From Gemmatimonadota bacterium (GTDB lineage Bacteria; Latescibacterota; UBA2968; UBA8231), in NCBI GenBank assembly GCA_038153405.1, contig JAYOYH010000001.1:160156-224155 (forward strand): a stretch of DNA of 64,000 nt. Direction: 5' to 3'. The position numbers and the translations under genes were made by a program. Every line of letters starts with the position of its first letter. Positions within the stretch are counted from its first letter, which is position 1. Shown here in pieces: positions 39,055-47,976 of this stretch. The notes under the pieces are model-generated. The model was not told the DNA's origin. It made no database searches and was given only the letters and a program-made list of their open reading frames with translations.

Positions 39055-40730
39055 CGCATGGCCCTGAGCTCTTGCAGCGTCAGTGGGACGTGGGGTAATG
39101 CCCAGCCGCGTTCGCGCAGACGTGCGGCTACAGCAGTGGCCGTTGGCGGCAGTAGCTGGCTCAGCTCGGTTAGGTCTTCTCTGCTCAGCACGCTGCGCGT
39201 CGGCCCCTGCAACACGACGCGGCCCCGGCACAGGGCGGTCGTATAGTCGGCCAATTGTGCGACGATATCCATATCGTGCGCGATGAGTACGATGGCTTTC
39301 CCGTCGGCGGCCAGTTGGGAGAGCAGCGCGCACAGGCTGCGCGTCGAGGAGGGATCGAGGCCGGCCGTAGGCTCGTCGAGCACCAGCACGTCCGGATCCA
39401 TCGCCAATACGCCGGCTAAGGCGACGCGGCGCTTTTCTCCTCCGCTTAACTCCATGGGTACGCGCGGTCCAAAGTCCTCAATGGGCAGGTTGACCCAGGC
39501 TAGTGCCTGGTCTACGAGGGCTGCGACGCGCTCTTCAGAATAGCCCATATTGCGCGGTCCAAAGGCCACGTCTTCCGCTACGCTGTCGGCAAAGAGCTGC
39601 AGTTCGGGAAATTGAAAGACGAGGCCTACGCGGCGGCGCGTTTCGATTAGGGGGCGCGTCCAGATGTCGCGCTCGTCGAGCAAGACGCGGCCGCCCTGTG
39701 GTTTAAGCAGGGCGTTTACGTGCTGGGCGAGAGTGCTTTTGCCCGAACCGCTCGTCCCGACTAAGGCGTGGATGGTTCCGCCGACAAAGCGGGCGTCGAC
39801 TGTGCATAGGCTTAACTGAGTTTGCGCTACGTGGGCGTCATAGGTGTGCGATACGGCATCGATTTGCACTTGAACTGCCCCCGGCAGGATGGGGCGGCCT
39901 GTATCGCTTGTCGCGGGTGCGGAGGGTTGAGTGGCTGCAGCCTTCCAATTTTCCACTACGTGTTCTAGCGTGCAGCCGCTGGTGGCCGCTGGTTCGTCCG
40001 CGTAGAGCAGGCGGGCAAAGGGCGCTTCCAACCCGGCCGCGTGCAGTCGCTCGACGTCGGCATAGACTTCTTCGGGTGGACCGTCGAGAAAGACGCGGCC
40101 GTAGCGCAGTGCGATTATACGCGCTGCGCTAGTGGCTTCGTCGGGTAGTTGGGTGATGAGAATGGTCGCGATGCCGTAGGTGTCGCGCAGCGATTGCAGT
40201 AGATTGACTACCTGCAGGCGGTGCTGAGGGTCGAGTAGGGCGGTGGGTTCGTCTAAGACTAGATAGCGCGGCTGCATGGCGCTTGCTGCCGCAATGGCAA
40301 GGCGCTGCTTTTCGCCCCCGGATAGGCGATTGGGTGCGCTATGGCGATGGGAAAGCAGGTCGAAGTCGCGCAGGGCGCGTTCGATGCGCGTGTGCATTTC
40401 TTCGCGGGAAAGCGACAGATTTTCCAGGCCAAAGGCCAATTCGCTTTCCACCGTCGTGGCGACCAACTGGTCGTCGGGGTTTTGGAACACCATGCCAACC
40501 GTGCGCCGAATTGCCGGTAGCTGGTTGTGATCTGCCGTCGACATGCCGTCGATGAGCAGCGCGCCAGCCTGCGGAATCAGGAGCCCATTCAGACAGCGCG
40601 CCAGCGTCGTTTTACCCGAGCCATTGGCACCGATAATGGCCACAGATTCACCGGGGGCAATCTGCAGATTGATGTCCTGTAGCACGGGGGTGTCGCCGAA
40701 GTGAAATCGCACATCGCGTATGTCGATCAT
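39051..40730 (-). CDS. Fused ECF transporter ATPase (EcfA-EcfA')
   Basis: Two ABC domains: [24 protein letters not shown] and [26 protein letters not shown]. Confidence 0.9.
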   Translation of the reverse strand: MIDIRDVRFHFGDTPVLQDINLQIAPGESVAIIGANGSGKTTLARCLNGLLIPQAGALLIDGMSTADHNQLPAIRRTVGMVFQNPDDQLVATTVESELAFGLENLSLSREEMHTRIERALRDFDLLSHRHSAPNRLSGGEKQRLAIAAASAMQPRYLVLDEPTALLDPQHRLQVVNLLQSLRDTYGIATILITQLPDEATSAARIIALRYGRVFLDGPPEEVYADVERLHAAGLEAPFARLLYADEPAATSGCTLEHVVENWKAAATQPSAPATSDTGRPILPGAVQVQIDAVSHTYDAHVAQTQLSLCTVDARFVGGTIHALVGTSGSGKSTLAQHVNALLKPQGGRVLLDERDIWTRPLIETRRRVGLVFQFPELQLFADSVAEDVAFGPRNMGYSEERVAALVDQALAWVNLPIEDFGPRVPMELSGGEKRRVALAGVLAMDPDVLVLDEPTAGLDPSSTRSLCALLSQLAADGKAIVLIAHDMDIVAQLADYTTALCRGRVVLQGPTRSVLSREDLTELSQLLPPTATAVAARLRERGWALPHVPLTLQELRAMR

Positions 40731-40917
40731 GGCCAGGCAAGAATAGAGCGTTGGCCGGTGGACGTCAAGGTGCCTTTGGTTGACATTGGCCGTGTTGTTG
40801 GTTTATTTAGGGCAAGAAGTTAGCGTCTATTGGCTATGGCGTACTACAGTATGTACTGCTCCGCACCTACTGGCGGGGCTTTTGTTTTTTGCCCTTCGTG
40901 CCGACGAGGAGTTGGAG

Positions 40918-41751
40918 ATGAAAAAAATCCTGCACATATGGCTATTCGGCTGTGCGTTAGTCCTGGCGGGATGCGGCAATTCAGACGACTATGGCGTCGA
41001 TATTACCGGTCCAGAAGTCAGCACGGGCCCCGGCCGCGTCTATCCCATAAGCGAGGTGAGCTTTCTCTCCAACGACGGCGTGCCCATCAGCGCGCTCTAC
41101 GGCGTGCAGGCTGCCGCCGAGCGGCTGCCTGTCGTCATTCTCTTGCACGATCTGGGCGGAGCCAAGGAAGAGTGGCTATCGACTACTGATCTCTTTGTCG
41201 AATTGCTGGCGCGCGGCTATGCCGTCGTGGCGATCGATATGCGCGGGCACGGGCGAACGCCGCTGCCCGAAAGGCGACAGGTGCTGCTGGTCGAGGATTT
41301 GGAAAACAGTTTCCTCGACGTCCACGCCACGCTCAGCTGGCTGTTGGGACAGAGGGCGGTTAACCCCAACCGCATTGCCCTTATCGGCACCGGCTCTGGC
41401 GGCAACGTGGCTTATGTTAGCTCGGGCGTTTTTCCACAGCAGATCAAAACCAGCATATCCCTATCGGCGGGTCTGTGGGAAGCGTCTTCGCTGTCTCCGC
41501 TGGTCATCGGCAACGGCATCGAGCCCTTTGGTCCCCGTTCTATGCTGTTCCTCGTCGGTGGTCTAGACGCGCTACAAGGTCCCGATATCGTGCTGAGCTA
41601 CGCGGACTTTGCCCGCAACTTGGCCGCTGCCACTGCAGAGCCCAAATCGCTTCGCATTTTTCAGAATTCCTCCGCTCACGGCGTCGACCTAATTAACGAA
41701 GTGCCCGAGGCCAAGGACCTGCTTTTCCTCTGGTTGGAGAACAACCTCTAA
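40918..41751 (+). CDS. Alpha/beta-hydrolase-fold lipoprotein
   Basis: Lipobox LAGC, VILLHDLGG, AIDMRGHG, IGTGSGG, C-terminal AHG. Confidence 0.82.
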   Translation: MKKILHIWLFGCALVLAGCGNSDDYGVDITGPEVSTGPGRVYPISEVSFLSNDGVPISALYGVQAAAERLPVVILLHDLGGAKEEWLSTTDLFVELLARGYAVVAIDMRGHGRTPLPERRQVLLVEDLENSFLDVHATLSWLLGQRAVNPNRIALIGTGSGGNVAYVSSGVFPQQIKTSISLSAGLWEASSLSPLVIGNGIEPFGPRSMLFLVGGLDALQGPDIVLSYADFARNLAAATAEPKSLRIFQNSSAHGVDLINEVPEAKDLLFLWLENNL

Positions 41752-41770
41752 GCAGTGCAGGCCGACGTGC

Positions 41771-42463
41771 ATGACAGGTCACCCTTCAATCTGTGTTATT
41801 ATTCCGGCCTTTAACGAAGAGCGGGCCATCGGTAAGGTCCTCGATGAAATCCCTGCAGCCGTCGCCGCAATCATCGTAGTCGATAACGGCTCCACCGATC
41901 AGACGGCTTCTGTTGCGCGCCAGCGCGGGGCCACGGTCGTGCACGAGCCCATCAGAGGCTATGGCCGCGCCTGTCTGCGCGGTATGGCCGCCTTGGGCGA
42001 TCCCGATATCGTCGTTTTTCTCGACGGCGACTACAGCGACTTCCCGCAAGAAATGCCTTCCCTCTACGAGCCCATTGCTGCTGGACATGCCGATATGGTT
42101 ATTGGTTCGCGCGTGCTGGGAGAGCGAGAGCGCGGTGCATTGCTGCCGCAGGCGCGCTTTGGCAATTGGTTGGCAACCCGGTTGATCCGCTGGTTGTACG
42201 GCGTATCCTTTACTGACCTAGGGCCATTTAGGGCCATTGACTACGGAGCGCTGCGGCGATTGCGGATGTGCGATGGTGACTTTGGTTGGACGGTGGAAAT
42301 GCAGGTAAAGGCGGCGCGCCTTGGCCTGCGCTGTGCAGAAGTGCCGGTCCGCTATCGCAAGCGCATTGGCACGTCAAAAATCAGCGGAACAATTAGCGGA
42401 TCGCTGCGCGCTGGGCACAAAATTCTTTGGACCATTTTTCGCCACCTTGGCCATGGTGAGTAG
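41771..42463 (+). CDS. GT2 polyprenol-phosphate glycosyltransferase (DPM/ArnC-like)
   Basis: IIPAFNEE, VVDNGSTD, GYGRAC, FLDGDYSD, TDLGPFRAI, GWTVEMQ. Confidence 0.9.
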   Translation: MTGHPSICVIIPAFNEERAIGKVLDEIPAAVAAIIVVDNGSTDQTASVARQRGATVVHEPIRGYGRACLRGMAALGDPDIVVFLDGDYSDFPQEMPSLYEPIAAGHADMVIGSRVLGERERGALLPQARFGNWLATRLIRWLYGVSFTDLGPFRAIDYGALRRLRMCDGDFGWTVEMQVKAARLGLRCAEVPVRYRKRIGTSKISGTISGSLRAGHKILWTIFRHLGHGE

Positions 42464-44172
42464 TGGTTTTGCAACGGCGTGAATTGGCCGCCCTGTCCGC
42501 GTTGCTCTGCCTCGCCCTATGGCTGCGCGCATGGGGCCTCGATCAGGGCTATCCGGCGATGTACGGTCACGTCGACGAAGTGGGCGTAGCGGCCAGCATC
42601 TGGAATTTCTATCGCGCACAGACCTTGTTGCCCACCGAGTTTACCTATCCTGCACTCTACTCCTATCTGACGGCTGCGGCCTTATACATAGTGACCTCGT
42701 TGGGCTGGGGGCCGCACGGGCAGGACGTTTCTGATAGCCTCGTACTGATATCCTATATCGATCCGGCGCGCGCCGCGCTGGTCGGGCGCTGGATCAGCGT
42801 TTTGTTGGGAACGGCTACGGTATATGCCACCTTTGCGCTGGGGCGGCGCCTAGGCGGAGTTGAGGTAGGCATCGTAGCCGCCCTGCTTACAGCCTTTGCA
42901 CGCGTGCCCGTGCAGCAGGCTCACCACGCGCTGCCCGATACGGCGATGGCCTTCGGGGCGCTGTGCGCGATGAGTGCGGCTTGGCGCATTGTCGAAGGGG
43001 ATTCGTGGCGCGCCTACCTGGCCGCCGGTGTGGCTGCCGGGTGCGTGGTGGCCACAAAATACAACGGCGCCTTGATTGCTCTTGCCATACCCGCGGCGCA
43101 TATGCTGCGCGCGCAGGGGAAGTGGACGGCGCTGGGCGATATTAAACTATGGAGTGCCATTGCCGCTTCCTTCCTCGCGCTCTTTGTCGGTTCGCCCTAT
43201 ATCGTTCTTGCCGCCGAAAAATATTGGTCCGTCGCCCGCTACCAATTCTCGAGTCTAGACTTCTCGCTGACTGAGACGCAGCCGTGGTGGTGGGTCGTGC
43301 GTTCGCTGCTGGAATACGAATGGGGAATAGGAGGAGCTATGCTGCTGGGTATGGGGTGGGCTATTTGGCGGCGCGGACCGTTTGAAATACTGCTCTTATC
43401 GACGTGGGTGCCCAGCTTTATTTACATCGGCTCGTGGACGCGCGAGAGCCTGCACTATGTGCTGCACTTCTATCCGCTGTGGGCCATTGCCGCTGCCCTC
43501 GCGCTGAAGTGGGCCCGTAGGCGCATGGGTGTGGGCTGCGCCTGGCCGTTGATGGGCGTGGCCATTTTGGTCGCGCCCAACCTCTATGCGGGGGCTGAGT
43601 CGGGCAGGGAAATGGCACAGCCCGACGTGCGTGAGCAGGCGGCAGAGTGGATTGAGCAGCGCGCTGCCGAGGGAACGGTGCTCGCTACTACGTGGCTGCC
43701 GTACGGGCCGCAATTAGAACTGCAATCGGCGCGGCGTGGACTGCTCCAGGCGTACCGATCGCAGCCGCAGGTCTTGGCCTTTCTCGAAACATACTGGGCA
43801 AAGCGACCGGCCTACGAGCTGGTCAATCTGGAAGTATGGCTCAAACAGCCCGTCGTTCCCGAAGTGTACCGTCCCCACGTCGACCTCGACGACCCAGAGA
43901 CGCGCCGCGTCTTCAGCCGAGGTTGGCTTAGCCCCCGTCAGCTCAAGAGTCGCGGCGTGCGCTACATCGTGCTGCCCGAGGCGGTCTATGGCCGCTATCT
44001 GGAGGGCGAGCCGCCGGGCGAACGGAGTGCAGCGCACTACCACTACGCGAAAAATCGCGCCTATTTTTCCAACCTCATCGATCCGGCTAACGGCCAAGTC
44101 GAGCGCGTTGCGCGCTTTGTCGCCCGCTCCGGCGAAAAGGGCAGCGCCATCGCCATTTATCGCCTGCGTTAG
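42463..44172 (+). CDS. GT-C membrane glycosyltransferase (ArnT/PMT-like)
   Basis: Multi-TM protein with H.DE after TM1, F.YP.LY, A...PD, ATKYNG; coupled to the GT2. Confidence 0.8.
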   Translation: MVLQRRELAALSALLCLALWLRAWGLDQGYPAMYGHVDEVGVAASIWNFYRAQTLLPTEFTYPALYSYLTAAALYIVTSLGWGPHGQDVSDSLVLISYIDPARAALVGRWISVLLGTATVYATFALGRRLGGVEVGIVAALLTAFARVPVQQAHHALPDTAMAFGALCAMSAAWRIVEGDSWRAYLAAGVAAGCVVATKYNGALIALAIPAAHMLRAQGKWTALGDIKLWSAIAASFLALFVGSPYIVLAAEKYWSVARYQFSSLDFSLTETQPWWWVVRSLLEYEWGIGGAMLLGMGWAIWRRGPFEILLLSTWVPSFIYIGSWTRESLHYVLHFYPLWAIAAALALKWARRRMGVGCAWPLMGVAILVAPNLYAGAESGREMAQPDVREQAAEWIEQRAAEGTVLATTWLPYGPQLELQSARRGLLQAYRSQPQVLAFLETYWAKRPAYELVNLEVWLKQPVVPEVYRPHVDLDDPETRRVFSRGWLSPRQLKSRGVRYIVLPEAVYGRYLEGEPPGERSAAHYHYAKNRAYFSNLIDPANGQVERVARFVARSGEKGSAIAIYRLR

Positions 44173-45332
44173 TTCTGCAACAGGCCCATGGCCATATTGG
44201 CGGCAATATGCGACTGGGTAAGCGTGGCCGCCGACGCCTGCCGGATGATTTCGTTGCGCGCTAACTGAGATGTTTCCCAGGCGTAATCGACGTCGCGTAT
44301 GGTCGCTTCCGAAGCGCTAATGCGCTCGATGGAATTGGTGGTAAAGTCTAGGGTGTGCGTCAGTCGGTTGACTATGGCGCCCACCTGCCCGCGCACTTTA
44401 CCAACGCGGTAGATCGCTCCATCCAAATGGGACAGCGCCGCGCGCGCCGTGTCGCGCGTGCCCATGCTGATGCCGGCCAAGTCCAATACGGTTCCGTCCG
44501 TTTGCAGGTCGGCGATATCGTAGTCTAATCGATCGGCAGGTACGGCATCGCTGCCCAGTTGGAAGCTGCCGCCAATGTTTTGAATCTCGATAGTTTTTCC
44601 GTCTAGTTCGCCGTCGCTATAAGCGCCCAGTGCGCCCTTTACCCCTTGACCTGCTAGCACGACTTCAATGCCGAGGGAGTCGAAATTGACGACCTGAGTC
44701 GTTCCGTCCGCTACGTTGCCGTCCACCGTGCGCGATCCCAAGTTGACCGTCTGCGTAATCGTTCCGTTGCCCAGGGTGATTTCGTTATCATCTGGGTTAT
44801 CCATAAAGGTATACGTGCCCTCTGTCGCACCGGTTAGTTTGATAAAGCGGACCCCGGTATCGGCTGCGTCGGTCACGGCGGTTGAAGCGTCTTTGATAAC
44901 GGAGTTGCCAAATCCGCTCAGCACGGTCTGATCGTTATAGCTCGATACGCGAACGAGCCGGTCGATTTCCCCCTTCAATTGGTTGAACTCGGCCTCGATG
45001 GCTTCGCGGTTTTTGTCGTTGAGCGTGTCGGTAGATGATTCGAGTGCCAACTCGCGCATGCGGATGAGCATGGCGCTGATCTCGTTCATTCCGCCTTCTG
45101 CCGTATGCAGGAGGTCGAGGGCATTTTCCGTGTTGCGCGCGCCTTGGGCCAGACCTTCTAATTCGGCGCGCATGCCTTCGGACATAGAGAGGCGCGCGGC
45201 GCTGTCGCGGGCAGAGTTAATGGCCAGGCCCGACGATAGGCGCGCTCTGCGATCTAGGCTATCCCGCTCTACTTGGCCAAGCGTGTTCGAGGTCCGCAGG
45301 GCGGAAATATTGCTGTTGATGCTGATGGTCAT
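44169..45332 (-). CDS. fliC: Flagellin 4 (divergent termini)
   Basis: RLSSGLAINSARDSAA, AEGGMNEISAMLIRMRELA, NRLTHT, SEATIRDVD; central domain homologous to flagellins 2/3/5. Confidence 0.92.
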   Translation of the reverse strand: MTISINSNISALRTSNTLGQVERDSLDRRARLSSGLAINSARDSAARLSMSEGMRAELEGLAQGARNTENALDLLHTAEGGMNEISAMLIRMRELALESSTDTLNDKNREAIEAEFNQLKGEIDRLVRVSSYNDQTVLSGFGNSVIKDASTAVTDAADTGVRFIKLTGATEGTYTFMDNPDDNEITLGNGTITQTVNLGSRTVDGNVADGTTQVVNFDSLGIEVVLAGQGVKGALGAYSDGELDGKTIEIQNIGGSFQLGSDAVPADRLDYDIADLQTDGTVLDLAGISMGTRDTARAALSHLDGAIYRVGKVRGQVGAIVNRLTHTLDFTTNSIERISASEATIRDVDYAWETSQLARNEIIRQASAATLTQSHIAANMAMGLLQN

Positions 45333-45439
45333 TTTCGAACCTCCTTGTTCTTATAGACCTTGGGGCAGCGGCCAACTGCGCGGTGGCAGATGGCTCAACA
45401 AATATATTAAACTTAGCATTACTTGATACTACATGATAT

Positions 45440-45466
45440 TTATCGGGATAAAAAATAGCGACTTTA
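45440..45466 (-). promoter_or_regulatory. sigma28 promoter of flagellin 4
   Basis: Minus strand reads TAAA-N15-CCCGATAA. Confidence 0.78.
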
Positions 45467-45496
45467 CGATTTTTTTAAAAAACTTGAAGAAGCCAT

Positions 45497-45524
45497 TAAA
45501 GTTGCGTTGTAAAGTCGCCGATAT
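45497..45524 (+). promoter_or_regulatory. sigma28 promoter of flagellin 5
   Basis: TAAA-N16-GCCGATAT. Confidence 0.8.
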
Positions 45525-45666
45525 ACTGAGTAGGGTCATTGCGATTTGATCATACCTGTAAACATAACAGCGATTTATATAATTACAAATAGCTGTAAAT
45601 AATATACTTATCAATTGGGAAAATCATTCCTCCGGCCGGTGGAATTAAGCGAGGAGCGTATCCTGA

Positions 45667-46824
45667 ATGCCACTCAGAGTCAATCACAATCTCAAAGCGA
45701 TCAACGCCCAGCGCATGATAAAGCGCAATACCGGTGCCATGAATCGCCAATTGGAACGCCTGTCTTCGGGCATGCGCGTCAACCGGGCCGCCGACGATGC
45801 GGCCGGCTTGTCTATTTCTGAGGGCATGCGCGGTGAGATATCGGGTCTCAACCAGAACGTGCGCAATGCGGAACACGCGACCAACCTCTTGCAGGTGGCC
45901 GAGGGGTCTCTGCATGAGGTGAGTAGCATTCTCTTGCGCATGCGCGAATTGGCCGTTCAATCGGCTTCGAGCACGATGAACGATACCAACCGCGAGTCGA
46001 TGCTGGCCGAATTCACCCAACTGCGCACGGAGATCGATCGCATTGCCGAATCGACCACCTACAACGACCAGTCGCTATTGGTCGGTTTTGGCAATAGTGC
46101 GTCGGCTGATTCCACGGCGATAACGACGAGCAATGAGACGGGCGTGGTGCGCGTGGGACTGAACGCGGTCCAGGCTGGCACCTACACATTTATAGACAGT
46201 GCGGGCGATGACGAAGTCACCTTGGGCAACGGCGTGGTGACCCAGACTATCAGTTTGGGGACCAAGTTAGAGGATGGCGCCGTGTCTGAAGGGTCGACGA
46301 TCATCGCCAATTTTGATCGACTTGGCATTCAGGTATCGCTGGCCGGCGTCGGTGGTTCGGGTGCTACGGGCAGCTATGTCGACGGAGATCTGGGCGGCGA
46401 GAACTTGGTTGTGGAAGAAGGTACGGGCGGCGACTTTCAGGTGGGGCCGACGGACGCCGCGGTAAATCGCATTGAAGTGGGGATTGGCGATCTGCGCGCC
46501 TCGGGCAGCATTCTCAATCTCAATGAAGCATCGGTCGATACGATTGGCAGCGCGCGTCAGGCCATATCGACAATCGACCAGGCCATTTTCAATCTGTCCA
46601 ACGAGCGCGGCAAAATTGGTTCGGCGCAGAACAGACTATCGTTCACCATCGCCTACAGCGAGAACGAGATTGAGAATATACAGGCTTCTGAGGCGACGAT
46701 TCGCGATGCCGATATCGCTCTGGAAGTGACGGAGTTCAGCCGTGGGCAGATTCTCATGCAGAGCAGTACCGCGATGTTGGCGCAGGCCAACGTAAGTGCC
46801 GTATCGGTGTTATCGCTCCTGTGA
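45667..46824 (+). CDS. fliC: Flagellin 5
   Basis: ERLSSGMRVNRAADDAAG; QNRLSFTIAY; RDADIALEVTEFSRGQIL. Confidence 0.96.
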   Translation: MPLRVNHNLKAINAQRMIKRNTGAMNRQLERLSSGMRVNRAADDAAGLSISEGMRGEISGLNQNVRNAEHATNLLQVAEGSLHEVSSILLRMRELAVQSASSTMNDTNRESMLAEFTQLRTEIDRIAESTTYNDQSLLVGFGNSASADSTAITTSNETGVVRVGLNAVQAGTYTFIDSAGDDEVTLGNGVVTQTISLGTKLEDGAVSEGSTIIANFDRLGIQVSLAGVGGSGATGSYVDGDLGGENLVVEEGTGGDFQVGPTDAAVNRIEVGIGDLRASGSILNLNEASVDTIGSARQAISTIDQAIFNLSNERGKIGSAQNRLSFTIAYSENEIENIQASEATIRDADIALEVTEFSRGQILMQSSTAMLAQANVSAVSVLSLL

Positions 46825-46944
46825 GAAGGGCGCCGTAAGAGAGCGCTATAACCGCATGACGAGCAGGGCCATTTCGCCTGGAGTGGCCCTCTCTCCGTAT
46901 CTGTCTTGACGAATGGGGACGTCTCCACTATTCTCCTCTTCCCC

Positions 46945-47973
46945 ATGAATCTTTCCGACTACGATTTCGATCTTCCGCAGGAACTGATCGCCCAAGAGCC
47001 GGTTGCCCAGCGCGATCAGTCGCGCCTGCTCGTGCTCGATCGCGGCGAGGGCAGCGTGCGCCATATGCGCTTTGCCGATATTGTCGACCTTGTTGCGCCT
47101 GGCGACGTGCTCGTCGTCAACCAAACGCGCGTTTTTCCCGCCCGGTTGCACGGCACGCGCGCGCAGACGGGCGGCAAGGTCGAACTATTGCTCATCGCGC
47201 GCGAGCCCAGCGGCCATTGGTTGGCCATGGGAAAGCCGGGGAGGGCGCTGCAGGTGGGCAGCGAGCTCGTTTTTGCAGAGGGTAGGCTGCGCGCCTTTGT
47301 CGTAGAGCGCACGGTAGGGGGACGCGTCCGACTGCAGTTCGACGCGGAGGATATCATGCCCATCGTCGAACAAGTGGGAGAGATACCGCTGCCACCCTAC
47401 ATTCGCCGCGCGGCGACGAGCGACGATGCCGATCGCTACCAGACCGTGTTTGCGCGCGCGCACGGGGCGATTGCCGCTCCGACGGCTGGTCTGCATTTTA
47501 CGCAACCGCTCTTAGATCAAATCGGTCGCGCCGGCACGGCTATTGAGCCGGTGTTGCTGCATGTAGGACCGGGCACATTTGAACCAGTGCGCGCGACCGA
47601 TCCGCGTGCCCATCGCATAGAAGCGGAGTACTTTGAAGTCTCTGCCACGGCAGCGGAGGAAATCAATCGGCGGCGGCGGGACGGGGGACGCGCCGTCGCT
47701 GTAGGCACGACGTCGGTGCGCGCTTTGGAAACGGCCGTCGACGGTAAGGGGCTGCTGCACGAATCCAATGGATGGACCGATGCCTTTATTTATCCGCCCT
47801 ATACATTTGGCGCGGTGGATGTTCTGGTGACGAATTTCCATTTGCCCAAATCAACGCTGCTGATGCTCGTTGCCGCGTTTGCCGGCTACGAGCACCTGAT
47901 GAGGGCCTACGCTGAAGCGGTGCGAGAGGGTTATCGATTTTACAGCTATGGCGATGCTATGATGGTAGTCTGA
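46945..47973 (+). CDS. queA: S-adenosylmethionine:tRNA ribosyltransferase-isomerase
   Basis: SDYDFDLPQELIAQ, PLPPYI, YQTVFA, AAPTAGLHF, TNFHLPKSTL, YRFYSYGDAM. Confidence 0.98.
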   Translation: MNLSDYDFDLPQELIAQEPVAQRDQSRLLVLDRGEGSVRHMRFADIVDLVAPGDVLVVNQTRVFPARLHGTRAQTGGKVELLLIAREPSGHWLAMGKPGRALQVGSELVFAEGRLRAFVVERTVGGRVRLQFDAEDIMPIVEQVGEIPLPPYIRRAATSDDADRYQTVFARAHGAIAAPTAGLHFTQPLLDQIGRAGTAIEPVLLHVGPGTFEPVRATDPRAHRIEAEYFEVSATAAEEINRRRRDGGRAVAVGTTSVRALETAVDGKGLLHESNGWTDAFIYPPYTFGAVDVLVTNFHLPKSTLLMLVAAFAGYEHLMRAYAEAVREGYRFYSYGDAMMVV

Positions 47974-47976
47974 GCT

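Noticed and set aside
44169..46824. Invertible phase-variation switch between the divergent flagellins
   Set aside because: No flanking inverted repeats or recombinase seen, and each gene has its own promoter
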